Part shown: positions 26,839 to 36,401 of the stretch, one piece after another | Position numbering within the stretch: position 1 is the stretch's first letter | Layout: the number at the start of each line of letters is the position of its first letter | Sequence record: MW584198.1 | Reading direction: 5' to 3' (one strand) | DNA: 40,147 bases | Origin: Mycobacterium phage prophiGD43A-2 | The notes under the pieces: model-generated | Database searches by the model: none | The model's input: only the letters and a program-made list of their open reading frames with translations | What the model was told of the DNA's origin: nothing | Program-made: the position numbers and the translations under genes

Positions 26839-27887
26839 CCACACCGCTGCCCGGCGCCCCGATACACCTCATGGACTGGCTCAACACCATGCACGTGTTC
26901 GGCGTCGTCTCCGACGGCGAGGTGCCTGGCCTGCGCACCTGCACATTCGAGGGCGTCAACGACGACATCGTGGCCACCGTCCCCGTCCTCAAAGGTGACA
27001 AGGGCGAAGACGGCTTGCCGTCGCCGGTCGTGGATCTGCACATCGATCCCACCATCACCACCCCGACACAGCTACCCACCGATCTTGGCCTGGCTGATAA
27101 GGGGAAAACGTGGTGGATTGGGGATCTGCTCTATGTGTGGATGGGTACCGAATACATCACGCGCCCAGCCGGATACGCCGGACGGCCCGGCCCCACGCCC
27201 AAGATGTCGTTCAGTATCGAACTGATCGCGCCAGGTGAAACCAGCGTCGTGATTCCCTCGGGCACCGACCAGAACCCGCACCTGCATTTCAAGATCGCAG
27301 CCCCGCGCGGTATCCCTGGACCTGCCGCCGCGATCCGGGACGCGCTGGACTACAACAACATTCTGCCGCCCACGGACGGGCAGGTCCCGACCTGGGACAG
27401 TCAGCAAGGCAAGTGGAAGCCCGAGAGTTTCGTCGGCAAGCGTAGCGGCGCATTCTCGATCCCCGAGGCGGCGTTCACCAACGTCACGAACATCATCAAC
27501 GGGCGCATCACGATCCTGTCGTATCAGCTGCCGGTGCAAGACTTTCCGGTCAAGGTCGCCGCGTCAGGTCATTTCAAGGCGTTCGGTATCGACCTGAACA
27601 TCTTGGACCCCTTCAAGATTGGTGCCGAGGTGCGTCTCGGTGACCCGATGAATGGGCAGATCATCGGGCGCGGCAAGGGCACCGTGGCCCAGGAGACCAC
27701 CGTGATACCGCACTACTCCACCCCTGGTGAGCCCACGGTGGCGATGACGATGGACAACGAGATAGCCCTGATTAACGCCGGGCAGCAGGCCACCTTGACC
27801 GCGAACCTGGTCAACGATGGCCTGATCGGCATGTACGCGTTCAACCGCCAGGACGCCCAGCTGTTCGTGCAGTGGTGGGAAGTCTGA
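26835..27887 (+). CDS. Minor tail protein
   Basis: GTGA coupling. 350 aa. Confidence 0.65.
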   Translation: MTTPLPGAPIHLMDWLNTMHVFGVVSDGEVPGLRTCTFEGVNDDIVATVPVLKGDKGEDGLPSPVVDLHIDPTITTPTQLPTDLGLADKGKTWWIGDLLYVWMGTEYITRPAGYAGRPGPTPKMSFSIELIAPGETSVVIPSGTDQNPHLHFKIAAPRGIPGPAAAIRDALDYNNILPPTDGQVPTWDSQQGKWKPESFVGKRSGAFSIPEAAFTNVTNIINGRITILSYQLPVQDFPVKVAASGHFKAFGIDLNILDPFKIGAEVRLGDPMNGQIIGRGKGTVAQETTVIPHYSTPGEPTVAMTMDNEIALINAGQQATLTANLVNDGLIGMYAFNRQDAQLFVQWWEV

Positions 27888-28168
27888 TGGCCTACACACG
27901 CGAGCTGAAAACGGTGGTGCCCGTGCTGGCGGCCGAGCACACACCGGCCGATGACGAGACGCTGGTGTGGCTGGTGCGTGAGAGTTTCGAACGTGAAGCC
28001 GCTAGTGAGCATCTGACGCTCACGGAGTGGTGCGACTGCGGAGACCTGGACCCCGCCGAGGTGTCACCGCAGACCGAACGCGAGGTGTTGAAGCGCCCGG
28101 CCACCGATTACCGCTGGCGCATGTTCACCGGCACCGCAACGAGGTTGGTCAATGCCAGCATCGATTGA
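27887..28168 (+). CDS. Hypothetical protein in the tail module
   Basis: TGATG coupling. 93 aa. Confidence 0.5.
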   Translation: MAYTRELKTVVPVLAAEHTPADDETLVWLVRESFEREAASEHLTLTEWCDCGDLDPAEVSPQTEREVLKRPATDYRWRMFTGTATRLVNASID

Positions 28169-30677
28169 CCTGGGGTCGTACCCGGCGATCACCCACCATC
28201 CGGCCCAGCGCCTTGACCCCACGCTGCCCCGGCTGCCGCAGTTCGACCCGCAGCAAGTCTTTGAGCAGTGGGCGCAACTGCTCAAGCAGATGACCGGGAT
28301 CGACCTGTCTAGCCCAGAAGCGTTGTTTACCAGCATCATTGGAAAAATTCAGGAAATTCTCGGGCCGATCTTCGGGGGTATCAATCTCACGGGCGGGCTC
28401 ACCCCGGAACAAATCTGGGCCGCGACGATCGCGAACCCGATCAAGTCGTTGACCGGAGTTGATCTGTCCTCGCCTGCGGCGCTGGTGGCCTCCATCATTC
28501 ATCTGATCACGGGCGGAAACAAGTTCCCTGGCGTGCTGGCTATCTCGCGTATCGCCAACGTGATTCAGGACTTGCTCGATGGCGCCGGGGACTTCCTGAC
28601 CGCCGACAGTGTGACCGATAACCCGTACTACGACTGGGATTCAGTGATGCCCGGTTTCGTCTCGGGCGGGTCGATCCGGGCGACCGCGAACGGCACGCAA
28701 CAGGTGATGCGTTCGGAGCCTTTCGAAGTATTCGGCGGCCAAACGCTGGAGCTGCGGTCAGCGGCGCAATGGACCGGGGCTAGCGCTACTGCGGGATCGA
28801 ACCCGGTCAAGGTCGGGTTCACCCCGTTCGACGCGGCGGGCAATCCGCTGGCCGATGTCATTCGCGGCACGCTGCAACCCTCGGGTGATCATGGCTGGCA
28901 ATGGGTTCCGGTTCAAGAGAAATGGCCGGTACCTGCTGGCGTCAAGTATGTCTCGCAGCTGCTCATGCTCGATAGCGGCGCGACTGCGGGCACGTTCTGG
29001 TTCTCCAACGCCTCGGCGTGGGCGTCCAACCTGCTGGACCTTCGGTTGGTCAAAGACCTGCGCGAAATGGTCGATGCGGTTGGGGGAGCGGTCAATTCCG
29101 GCGTGCACGACATTGAAGAGCGCTTGCAGGCGATCACCGCTGACGGCAAGATCACCGCGACCGAGATTGTCGGCCTGATTCAGCAGGCCCAAGTCTCGGG
29201 TCTGGTGATCATCCAAACGGTTCTCAATCAGATCCGCGACGTTGTCAACGGCAACGTGGTCACGCCCATCAACAATATCGTGCAGGACTTCATCGCCTGG
29301 TTTGGCTTGAATCAGAACAAGACTCAGAAGCTCACCAGCGGTGGCCACTTGAGCACATCCGATGTCGTCGGCACGTTCGACATGAGCCGGGTCAACGATC
29401 TTGTCGATAACCTCGGCAACATCCTGTCCGGGGTCAAGGACGGCGCCGATGGCGTGGGCACCGGCACCACGGGCGCCATTGGGGACCGCATCAATCAGGC
29501 CAAGGACTCGCTACTGGCGCTGCTGGGCCTGTCGCAGGACGCCCTCAAGAGCGCTATCGCCGCACAGACCACCCTGCAAGAGCAGGAGACCGAGCAGAAC
29601 ACCGGCGACGGCAATAGCTACAGCTTCGTGTTCTCCGGGGCAGACGGCGCCGCGCTGAATGCGACAGATTGGACCACCGGCCCCACGCCCGGCGATATCA
29701 CCATTCGGGGCGACTCGGGATATGCGGGTGTCAAGAACGGCAACCCTGATGGGTACTTTTTCGCCAGCCCCAACTACACCTATGCCAGCGACGGACAGTC
29801 GGCCTCGTTCGTGCTCGGCAACACCCAAAACGGAAACTACTACTCCGGGGTGTTCATTCGCTGCAACGCCGATCGCACCACGGGCGCCTACTGCCTGGCC
29901 AAAGAGGGCGAGGTCCGCGTCGGCAAGTTCACCCGCTCGGGCACCAGCTGGACGTTCGCCACACCGATGACCTTTCAAGGCGGGCTGTCATCGGTCAAAC
30001 AGGGCGCACGCATCGAAATCCGTTGCAGCGGCAACAACTTCTTTGTCCGCGTGAACGGCAAGCCGGTCACCTCAGCGACCGATGTCGCGGGCACCATCGC
30101 CGCCGGGCCGGACTATCGATACGCCATGTTCTGTGTTCAGCGGGCAACGTCGTGGTTCACCTACGACTCCTACCGCATCGCAGCATTCGCCATGTCCGAT
30201 TACAGCCCCTCGGGAGGTAGTGCCACCTTGTCGAACGCGTGGAGCCTAACCCGCTCGTCCACATCGGGTTTCACCTATACCGACCCAATCACTTCAGCGG
30301 GCCTGCTACCGGCGTCGTTTTTCACCTTCACCGACTACGCCAATGGCGCCACCATCACCGACCTTGGCCGGGGCGCGGTGACCGTGGACCAAGCCGGGCT
30401 CTACAAGCTGGCCACCACGTGTCGCCCCTACTCGGCCAAAGGTCCGGTGACCCCGCATTGGTGCCTGTACCGCAACGACGTTCAGGTCACCGGCGCCATC
30501 GGCCCCGGCGCCGAATTCGAAATCCTGCTCAACGCGGGCGACAAGATTCAACCCGCCCTGATCGTCGTCGATTACGACGTGCGCTCCAACGGCTCCACCG
30601 GCTCGGAAACCATCGTCTCGCGCACCATCACCCAAGTGTTCGGCGTGGCCTCCTTCACCGGCCGAAAACTCATCTAA
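28152..30677 (+). CDS. Minor tail protein (large, with internal sequence repeats TG(I/V)DLSSP(E/A)AL..SII)
   Basis: 841 aa with repeated N-terminal motifs and a beta-rich C-terminal domain. It is likely the receptor-binding or central fibre protein. Confidence 0.7.
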   Translation: MPASIDLGSYPAITHHPAQRLDPTLPRLPQFDPQQVFEQWAQLLKQMTGIDLSSPEALFTSIIGKIQEILGPIFGGINLTGGLTPEQIWAATIANPIKSLTGVDLSSPAALVASIIHLITGGNKFPGVLAISRIANVIQDLLDGAGDFLTADSVTDNPYYDWDSVMPGFVSGGSIRATANGTQQVMRSEPFEVFGGQTLELRSAAQWTGASATAGSNPVKVGFTPFDAAGNPLADVIRGTLQPSGDHGWQWVPVQEKWPVPAGVKYVSQLLMLDSGATAGTFWFSNASAWASNLLDLRLVKDLREMVDAVGGAVNSGVHDIEERLQAITADGKITATEIVGLIQQAQVSGLVIIQTVLNQIRDVVNGNVVTPINNIVQDFIAWFGLNQNKTQKLTSGGHLSTSDVVGTFDMSRVNDLVDNLGNILSGVKDGADGVGTGTTGAIGDRINQAKDSLLALLGLSQDALKSAIAAQTTLQEQETEQNTGDGNSYSFVFSGADGAALNATDWTTGPTPGDITIRGDSGYAGVKNGNPDGYFFASPNYTYASDGQSASFVLGNTQNGNYYSGVFIRCNADRTTGAYCLAKEGEVRVGKFTRSGTSWTFATPMTFQGGLSSVKQGARIEIRCSGNNFFVRVNGKPVTSATDVAGTIAAGPDYRYAMFCVQRATSWFTYDSYRIAAFAMSDYSPSGGSATLSNAWSLTRSSTSGFTYTDPITSAGLLPASFFTFTDYANGATITDLGRGAVTVDQAGLYKLATTCRPYSAKGPVTPHWCLYRNDVQVTGAIGPGAEFEILLNAGDKIQPALIVVDYDVRSNGSTGSETIVSRTITQVFGVASFTGRKLI

Positions 30678-30704
30678 CACCTGACACCACAGGAGAACTC
30701 ACCC

Positions 30705-31046
30705 ATGACCACACCGCAAGCACCCACCCCAGAGGACACCGAGGCTCTCCTGGGCTGCACCGACCTCTCAGCGGCCCTGATAGACCCCCCGGCGCCCTCG
30801 CCCACCCCGGACCCGCCCGCGCCGCAACAGCCGCAGGACCCGCCTACAGCGCCGCAACCGCAGACGGTGCAAACACCCGAGCCGGGCACCACATTCACCA
30901 TGCCCGAGCTACCCGGAATCACCTTTACGGTAATCCGCGGTGGCCTCAACGACGAAGGTAAAACCAACCCCGCCAACTGGATTGCAATCACCGGCGCCGA
31001 CGACGACGGAAACATGGTCTTCCGGGCGGGGTTCGCAGGCCCCTAA
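30705..31046 (+). CDS. Pro-rich tail-associated protein
   Basis: AGGAGAA RBS. 113 aa with a PAPSPTPDPPAPQQPQDPPTAPQPQ linker. Confidence 0.55.
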   Translation: MTTPQAPTPEDTEALLGCTDLSAALIDPPAPSPTPDPPAPQQPQDPPTAPQPQTVQTPEPGTTFTMPELPGITFTVIRGGLNDEGKTNPANWIAITGADDDGNMVFRAGFAGP

Positions 31047-32201
31047 ATGCCCTGGTCTACAGACCCGAGCATCGCCCCTGGCCGCTCGGGCGGTAAGTGG
31101 TACCCGAACCCGCACGTACCGGCACCGGCGCCAACTGGCCGGTGGCACGCGGTAATCGGACTCGATAGCGCACTGGCGGTGATGTGCGTCGGGCACGTCG
31201 AGCTAGCGGCCCTGCAAGCCCTCGGCGTGGTGCTGTCGGTGCACGCCGATCGCGCGCTGGCATTGACGGCGGTCTACCAGCTGGCGACTAAGCGGCCAGT
31301 GTTGGTGACCCGCGATCTGCAACTACAGGCCACGTTCCAACAGGACCTCGCCCTGGCGCTGACCATGGAGCGGGCACTGTTCCTGGCCAAAGTGATCGGC
31401 GCGGACCTCAGTAGCGCACTGGAGATGACCGGCACGATCGGTTTGCAACGCGTGGCCGCGATCGATCTGACGCGCAACCTGACCGCGCCCAGCTCGATCA
31501 GTTTCGACAAGCTGCTGCCCGTTGGGCTCACACGCACCGTGGCGATGTCCTCGGCCCTGGTGACCGAACGCGTCGCCAAGATCGACGCCGCCCTGTCGGT
31601 AACCATGACGCGGGCATGCAGCCTCGGTTATCCGCCAGGGGGGCTGCCCACGCTGGCCACCTACACCACGGCCGGGGCGTTCACCCACAACATCGTGCGC
31701 AACGCCGACTACATGGACTGCGTTGGATGCGGCGCCGGGGGCGGCGGGGGCGGCGGTGACGGCGGTCTAGGCAGCACAGGACAAGGCGGACGTAAGGGCG
31801 TATGGAACAACGCCACCGTAGCCCGCAACGTCGATCTGCCTGGATCGGCGCTGACGATCACCGGCACCGTGGGCGCGCCGGGAACTGCGGGCGCCAAAGA
31901 GAAAGACGGCGGTTCGGGCGGTGACACCACGTTCTTGGTCAACGGAATCACCACAACGTGTGCCGGTGGGGCAGGCGGTAAAGGCGCCTACGCGGGAAAC
32001 GGACTCAACCAGCCCGGCGAGGCTGCGGGCAACACCACCGTCAACGGACAGCCCTACAGCGGCGGCGCACAAGCGGGCACCAACACCAACGGCAACTCAC
32101 CCGGCGGCGGCGGTGGCCCCGGCTCGGGCGGCGCGTTCGGTATCGCCAACCCCGGCCGCGTCGGCGGAACCGGCATAGCACATATCCGGTCGTATCAATA
32201 G
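31047..32201 (+). CDS. Glycine-rich minor tail protein
   Basis: 384 aa. Its C-terminal half is dominated by GGGGGGDGG... and GGxG repeats, typical of mycobacteriophage Gly-rich tail proteins. Confidence 0.7.
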   Translation: MPWSTDPSIAPGRSGGKWYPNPHVPAPAPTGRWHAVIGLDSALAVMCVGHVELAALQALGVVLSVHADRALALTAVYQLATKRPVLVTRDLQLQATFQQDLALALTMERALFLAKVIGADLSSALEMTGTIGLQRVAAIDLTRNLTAPSSISFDKLLPVGLTRTVAMSSALVTERVAKIDAALSVTMTRACSLGYPPGGLPTLATYTTAGAFTHNIVRNADYMDCVGCGAGGGGGGGDGGLGSTGQGGRKGVWNNATVARNVDLPGSALTITGTVGAPGTAGAKEKDGGSGGDTTFLVNGITTTCAGGAGGKGAYAGNGLNQPGEAAGNTTVNGQPYSGGAQAGTNTNGNSPGGGGGPGSGGAFGIANPGRVGGTGIAHIRSYQ

Positions 32202-32216
32202 AAAGGGAAACCCACT

Positions 32217-32609
32217 ATGGCATGGGGAATTTCGGCCTACCTGGCGAACAAACTGCTCGATCACATCTGCCGCAACGTGGCCTACACACCACCGGCGACG
32301 GTGTACGCCAAGATGCACACCGGCGATCCCGGCGCGGCGGGAACGGCCAACGCGTCCTCGGTGCCCACCCGGTACGCCTGCGCATTCAACGCGGCGGCAT
32401 CCGGGTCGATCACCCAATCCAATACCCCCGAACACACCCTCGGGGCTACGGAAACCATTGCAGGCGTGTCATTCTGGGATACCCCCGGACCCACGGGCGG
32501 CAACTTTCTGTGGTCTTCGCAGGCGACCGCGAGCAAGTCGGGGGCTAGCGGAGACATCATCCGCATCAACAGTGACTCACTGACCCTCGCGCCGTTGGCC
32601 ACGACATGA
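32217..32609 (+). CDS. Minor tail protein
   Basis: GAAAGGGA RBS. 130 aa. Confidence 0.6.
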   Translation: MAWGISAYLANKLLDHICRNVAYTPPATVYAKMHTGDPGAAGTANASSVPTRYACAFNAAASGSITQSNTPEHTLGATETIAGVSFWDTPGPTGGNFLWSSQATASKSGASGDIIRINSDSLTLAPLATT

Positions 32610-32752
32610 TGCGCCGCCAGCTGCTCGGCGTGGGCGCCCTGTGTCTTGCCCTGTTCGCCGCCGCGTTCCGCCTCGGCTGGTGGGCCGCCGACCAGCTGTC
32701 CTCCTACGCCCAAGAGATCGACCCTCGTATTGAAAGGTTGTACACACGATGA
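32606..32752 (+). CDS. Small membrane protein (48 aa, 1 TM), not in the ORF track. Coordinates are approximate (+/-1)
   Basis: The ATG overlaps the upstream stop (ATGA). The translation is MMRRQLLGVGALCLALFAAAFRLGWWAADQLSSYAQEIDPRIERLYTR. Its stop overlaps the ATG of the next small gene. Confidence 0.45.
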   Translation: MMRRQLLGVGALCLALFAAAFRLGWWAADQLSSYAQEIDPRIERLYTR

Positions 32753-32913
32753 AATGGCCACGTAAACCAGCTGATTGGCTCATCAACTACATCGCTGACC
32801 GGTTCTACGACCGACTGCGCGACCGCCTCCTGGAGGACCTGGCACCTTGGGCCGGCAAGGGCCTGCACGGAGCGCACATCAAACTGTCCGATTTTCTCGG
32901 GGGGCCGCAGTGA
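32749..32913 (+). CDS. Small hypothetical protein (54 aa), not in the ORF track
   Basis: The translation is MKWPRKPADWLINYIADRFYDRLRDRLLEDLAPWAGKGLHGAHIKLSDFLGGPQ. ATGA overlap upstream and GTGA overlap with the lysin A start downstream. Confidence 0.45.
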   Translation: MKWPRKPADWLINYIADRFYDRLRDRLLEDLAPWAGKGLHGAHIKLSDFLGGPQ

Positions 32914-34151
32914 AGTACTGGCCCCTGGATGCTGGCCGCATCGTCACCTCACCGTTCGGCCCCCGCGACGGCGGCATGCACACCGGGACGGATTTCGGGT
33001 TCGTCGGCGGTTCCGGTGGCCGTGCGGTGTACGCCGTGCAGTCGGGCACGGTGATCTATGCCGGTGCCGCCCAAGGCTACGGCGGGCCTGACCCGGCAGG
33101 CTGGCTGGTCATCGATTCCGACGATCAGCAAGGCGGCGGCGTATTCGAGTACGGGCACATAGTGCGCGAGGTCGGCGCAGGGGCGAAAGTCGTAGCCGGG
33201 CAGCGCATTGGCCGGATCAACCCCGACTCCTCCACCAACGGCGGTGTGGCCCCGCACCTGCACCTGTCCTACATGCCCCGCGAGTACAACCCCGCCCGCA
33301 AGCAAGACCCCTTACCCGTCCTGGCCGGTGCCGCCGAGCCCGGCCAGCCCACCCAACCATCAGGAGGCAACGCTGTGACCATCTTCGGAATCGACATCAG
33401 CAACAACAACGGAGTTGTCGATATCGACCAAGTGAAAGCCGAGGGATTCCAATTCGTTTGGGCCAAGGTCTCCGAGGGCGCCACCTTCCGAGACGTGTTC
33501 TGGCCACGTACCCGCGATTGGTGCCGCCAAGTTGGCCTGGCGCTCGCCGGATACCACTACATCCGCGAAGGCGACGCGAACGCCCAGGCCGACAACTTCG
33601 TGGCACAGCTCGGAGACAAGTCCATCCCGGCCATGCTCGATTTCGAGGACGGCTCAGGCGGTATCGACAACTTCTGGGCCGTCAAGAACGCCATTGAGGC
33701 ACGCGGGGTCCGCGTGGCTCTGTCGTACATCCCGCGCTGGTACTGGGAGAAAATCGGCAAGCCCGACCTGTCCGGGGTGCCGGGCCTCATTCAGTCGTCG
33801 TACGTCAACGGCACCGCCTACGCCTCGGTGCTCTACCCCGGCGACGACAGCCCACGGTGGGCCGCGTTCGGGGGCAAGACACCCGACATTTTGCAGTTCA
33901 CCGACAAGGCGCTGGTCGCAGGTAAGAGCCTGGACGCCAACGCATTCCGTGGAACACTGGCTCAGCTCAACGCGCTACTGGGAGCCAAGCCCGAAACGCC
34001 GGGCGCCCCGGACTATGAACGCGAGATTTGGGACCAGCTGCGCCTGCGCTGGGAAATGCTCGGCTGGCAGACCCTCATCGAGGCATTCGCGGAAGTCCGC
34101 GACAAGGTGCTGGGTACCAGCGACCACGGCAAAACCGGAGTGCGGCCATGA
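32910..34151 (+). CDS. lysA: Lysin A (endolysin): N-terminal M23 peptidase, central GH25 muramidase-like domain and a C-terminal cell-wall-binding region
   Basis: GTG start overlapping the upstream stop. YWPLDAGRIVTSPFGPRDGGMHTGTDFG...HLHLSY is an M23 motif. TIFGIDISNNNGVVDIDQVKAEGFQFVWAKVSEG is a GH25 signature. Confidence 0.8.
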   Translation: MKYWPLDAGRIVTSPFGPRDGGMHTGTDFGFVGGSGGRAVYAVQSGTVIYAGAAQGYGGPDPAGWLVIDSDDQQGGGVFEYGHIVREVGAGAKVVAGQRIGRINPDSSTNGGVAPHLHLSYMPREYNPARKQDPLPVLAGAAEPGQPTQPSGGNAVTIFGIDISNNNGVVDIDQVKAEGFQFVWAKVSEGATFRDVFWPRTRDWCRQVGLALAGYHYIREGDANAQADNFVAQLGDKSIPAMLDFEDGSGGIDNFWAVKNAIEARGVRVALSYIPRWYWEKIGKPDLSGVPGLIQSSYVNGTAYASVLYPGDDSPRWAAFGGKTPDILQFTDKALVAGKSLDANAFRGTLAQLNALLGAKPETPGAPDYEREIWDQLRLRWEMLGWQTLIEAFAEVRDKVLGTSDHGKTGVRP

Positions 34152-35053
34152 CCCGACATGCGCTGCTGTGTTTCCGGGGCACCGGGGGCGAATGGGGCCT
34201 GGACTACACATCACGCGTCGCTCAAGCCTGCTCGGCGCTCGTTGAAGAGATTGATGTCGATGCCCCCGCGACCATGGGCGCCGCGCCCGTGGGAGCTGCC
34301 ACAGACCCCCTGGCGCCCAGCGGATTCGAATGCGTACACGCCATGGTCGAATGGGCCGTCACATGGGTGCGGAACAACCCCACCCGGACCTTTGGCGTCG
34401 CCGCCTACAGCCTCGGCGCGATCGGGGCCGTGGTCTTCGCCCAAGAGTTCAGGCCGGGCGGTCGGCTGCAACGCTACCGGCCAAATTTCCTGTTCGGTGT
34501 CACGTTCGGCAACCCGGCCCGCGCCCGTGGCCACACGTTCTACATGGGCGAAGACCCTGGCGGGGAAGGCATCTCCGATATCCGGCTACCCGAAGGCATG
34601 TTCGGCGCCGAATGGGCCGACCTCGTGCAGACCGGCGACCTTTACGGCAACGTGCTCGGAAATCCGTTGGTGGTCAAGGTGTGCCGTGACGCCTACGCGC
34701 TCGTGATGACCCAGCAGCTGCACGACCCGCTGCGGCTCGTATTCGACATGCTGCCCCTGATCCTGCGGATCGTGGCCGATTCGGTGAACATGCCCCTGTC
34801 TATCCCCGGCACCATCACCTCAGGATTCCTCGGCCTAATCGCCGCGTTCCTGCCGTACCTGCCGGTGGACAACGACAAGACCGCCGCAGCGATCGCGGCC
34901 GCAGTACAGGGCATCGGATTCGCCCTCGCTCAACCTCCCACCGCGCCGCACATCACCTACGAGTTCGCCGAAGTATGGCCCGGAATGACCTACTTCGATT
35001 TGGCTGTGCAGCACGTAAACGACTGGGCGGCACGCACTCCCGCTTCCGCTTAA
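34148..35053 (+). CDS. lysB: Lysin B (mycolylarabinogalactan esterase, cutinase-like serine esterase)
   Basis: ATGA overlap with lysA. 301 aa with the nucleophile motif AAYSLGA (G-x-S-x-G), a later HD pair, and a position directly after lysin A. Confidence 0.8.
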   Translation: MTRHALLCFRGTGGEWGLDYTSRVAQACSALVEEIDVDAPATMGAAPVGAATDPLAPSGFECVHAMVEWAVTWVRNNPTRTFGVAAYSLGAIGAVVFAQEFRPGGRLQRYRPNFLFGVTFGNPARARGHTFYMGEDPGGEGISDIRLPEGMFGAEWADLVQTGDLYGNVLGNPLVVKVCRDAYALVMTQQLHDPLRLVFDMLPLILRIVADSVNMPLSIPGTITSGFLGLIAAFLPYLPVDNDKTAAAIAAAVQGIGFALAQPPTAPHITYEFAEVWPGMTYFDLAVQHVNDWAARTPASA

Positions 35054-35081
35054 CCAACCCATCACAACTGAAAGGATCACA

Positions 35082-35309
35082 ATGCCCAACCCCGTACCCC
35101 AAAACGACACCACACGATTGGTGGTCTACGCGGCGATGTTCATCACCGTTTTCGCCGGGACGGTTGCGCTGGTCGCCTCCGGAAAGATGGACGCAGCCAA
35201 TGGGCTGCAATGGGTGATTTCCATTGCCGGACTTGTCGGTTCGGGCCTTCCGGGCCTCAAACTCGCCCAAGACATCCGTGGCAACGGCTCGGACAGGTCG
35301 GGCGAGTGA
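35082..35309 (+). CDS. Holin (2 TM)
   Basis: 75 aa with two hydrophobic helices (LVVYAAMFITVFAGTVALVA and WVISIAGLVGSGLPGL) and a charged C-terminus. It lies immediately after lysB. Confidence 0.75.
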   Translation: MPNPVPQNDTTRLVVYAAMFITVFAGTVALVASGKMDAANGLQWVISIAGLVGSGLPGLKLAQDIRGNGSDRSGE

Positions 35310-35557
35310 GCCCAGACCAAATTCAGGCCATCGGCGGGGCCGTAGCCGCGATCCTCACCGCATGGCAGGTTTTGACATCACGAAAGGTGCGTGACCTCGA
35401 AAACCGCATAAGGACAGTTGAATTAGAGCGAGACACCTTCCGAACAAAGTACAGGGCTGCCACGCGGCATATCCGCGAGTGGATGGGGTGGGCCATGCGC
35501 CACGCACCGGGGCACGTCCCACCCCTCTTGCCCGCCGAAGTGCGCGACGATATCTAG
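35306..35557 (+). CDS. Lysis-associated membrane protein (N-terminal TM plus coiled coil)
   Basis: GTGA overlap with the holin stop. 83 aa with an N-terminal helix IQAIGGAVAAILTAWQVL, then RKVRDLENRIRTVELERDTFRTKY. Confidence 0.5.
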   Translation: MSPDQIQAIGGAVAAILTAWQVLTSRKVRDLENRIRTVELERDTFRTKYRAATRHIREWMGWAMRHAPGHVPPLLPAEVRDDI

Positions 35558-35569
35558 TTCAGCGACGAG

Positions 35570-35609
35570 AAACCGCCCCACTCCTAGACTCAGGTGGGGC
35601 GGTTTTGTC
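35570..35609. terminator. Bidirectional rho-independent terminator (12-bp perfect stem AAACCGCCCCAC / GTGGGGCGGTTT, 12-nt loop, T-run)
   Basis: It lies between the convergent + strand lysis operon (ends 35557) and the minus-strand cassette (ends 35638). Confidence 0.7.
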
Positions 35610-35637
35610 GTCGTGGCTGACTGAGGGCGTCCGCAGA

Positions 35638-35955
35638 CTAGTTCGACGTTTGCTTAACCGAGTAGTTGAACTTGATGTCTTTACCCTCCACTGAGGTAGT
35701 CGTCACCACTACGTCGTAATGGATGCCCTCATCGTCTATCACAGTGCACTTTTGCGTCGCGCCCAACTTGCCGTCCAAAGGCCCTTGGCATTCAACCTTC
35801 TGTAGCTCGATTTTCTGCTTCTCTTTGGCAGCGTCTTTTAGGCCCTGTTGCAGGCCCTCGGTAGAGATTTGGTGCACCGTCTCGAAGTGAGTCACATGGC
35901 AACCCGACAGGGATGCCGCCAGCAATGCGGACCCAATCACTAAGCTAGCCTTCAT
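35638..35955 (-). CDS. Secreted lipoprotein (signal peptide plus lipobox LSGC) at the end of the toxin cassette
   Basis: MKASLVIGSALLAASLSGC.. is a classic Lpp signal with a lipobox. GC is about 50%. Its ATG overlaps the stop of the upstream immunity gene. Confidence 0.6.
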   Translation of the reverse strand: MKASLVIGSALLAASLSGCHVTHFETVHQISTEGLQQGLKDAAKEKQKIELQKVECQGPLDGKLGATQKCTVIDDEGIHYDVVVTTTSVEGKDIKFNYSVKQTSN

Positions 35956-36400
35956 CTTCCACCACTTCCAGTGTCTGTAGGAACGAAACAAACTCGGGCT
36001 TCACCAGATCATACTGGTCATACGGCGCACTGAATAACAGCTCGATTACCAACGACCGATTGTCCGTCTTGCGTACCGCCGAATAGAGACGGTCCCCTCG
36101 TACAAGTATTCCACCCTCAATGAACTCAAGCTCTTGGCCATACTGAGACACCGGCTTGAACGAGATGTACTCAGCTCGTGACACTCTGGCGTTGAGTCGC
36201 ATCGCATCGCCTTGAGCATGCTTCTCTAAGTTCACAGTGGGCGATTCTGCGGTGCGCTCCCGTACGACGATTCGCGGCGAGGGCAGCGTGGGTTCCCGCA
36301 TGAACACCGCTACAGCCTCGGGGTCGCCACCGTCTGCCAGTGGGATGGTTATCCAGCCGCGCGGAGCGTTACCGCTTACCTGGACCCGATACTTCGGCAT
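35945..36400 (-). CDS. Candidate immunity protein, translationally coupled to the toxin
   Basis: 151 aa. Its ATG (36400..36398) lies 1 nt after the toxin TGA (36404..36402). GC is low. No recognisable domain. Confidence 0.55.
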   Translation of the reverse strand: MPKYRVQVSGNAPRGWITIPLADGGDPEAVAVFMREPTLPSPRIVVRERTAESPTVNLEKHAQGDAMRLNARVSRAEYISFKPVSQYGQELEFIEGGILVRGDRLYSAVRKTDNRSLVIELLFSAPYDQYDLVKPEFVSFLQTLEVVEDEG

Positions 36401-36401
36401 G

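Noticed and set aside
32847-32909. N-terminal extension (TTG start) of the lysin A ORF in the track
   Set aside because: It overlaps the better-supported 54-aa coupled ORF in another frame. The GTG at 32910 gives the GTGA coupling and begins exactly at the M23 domain.
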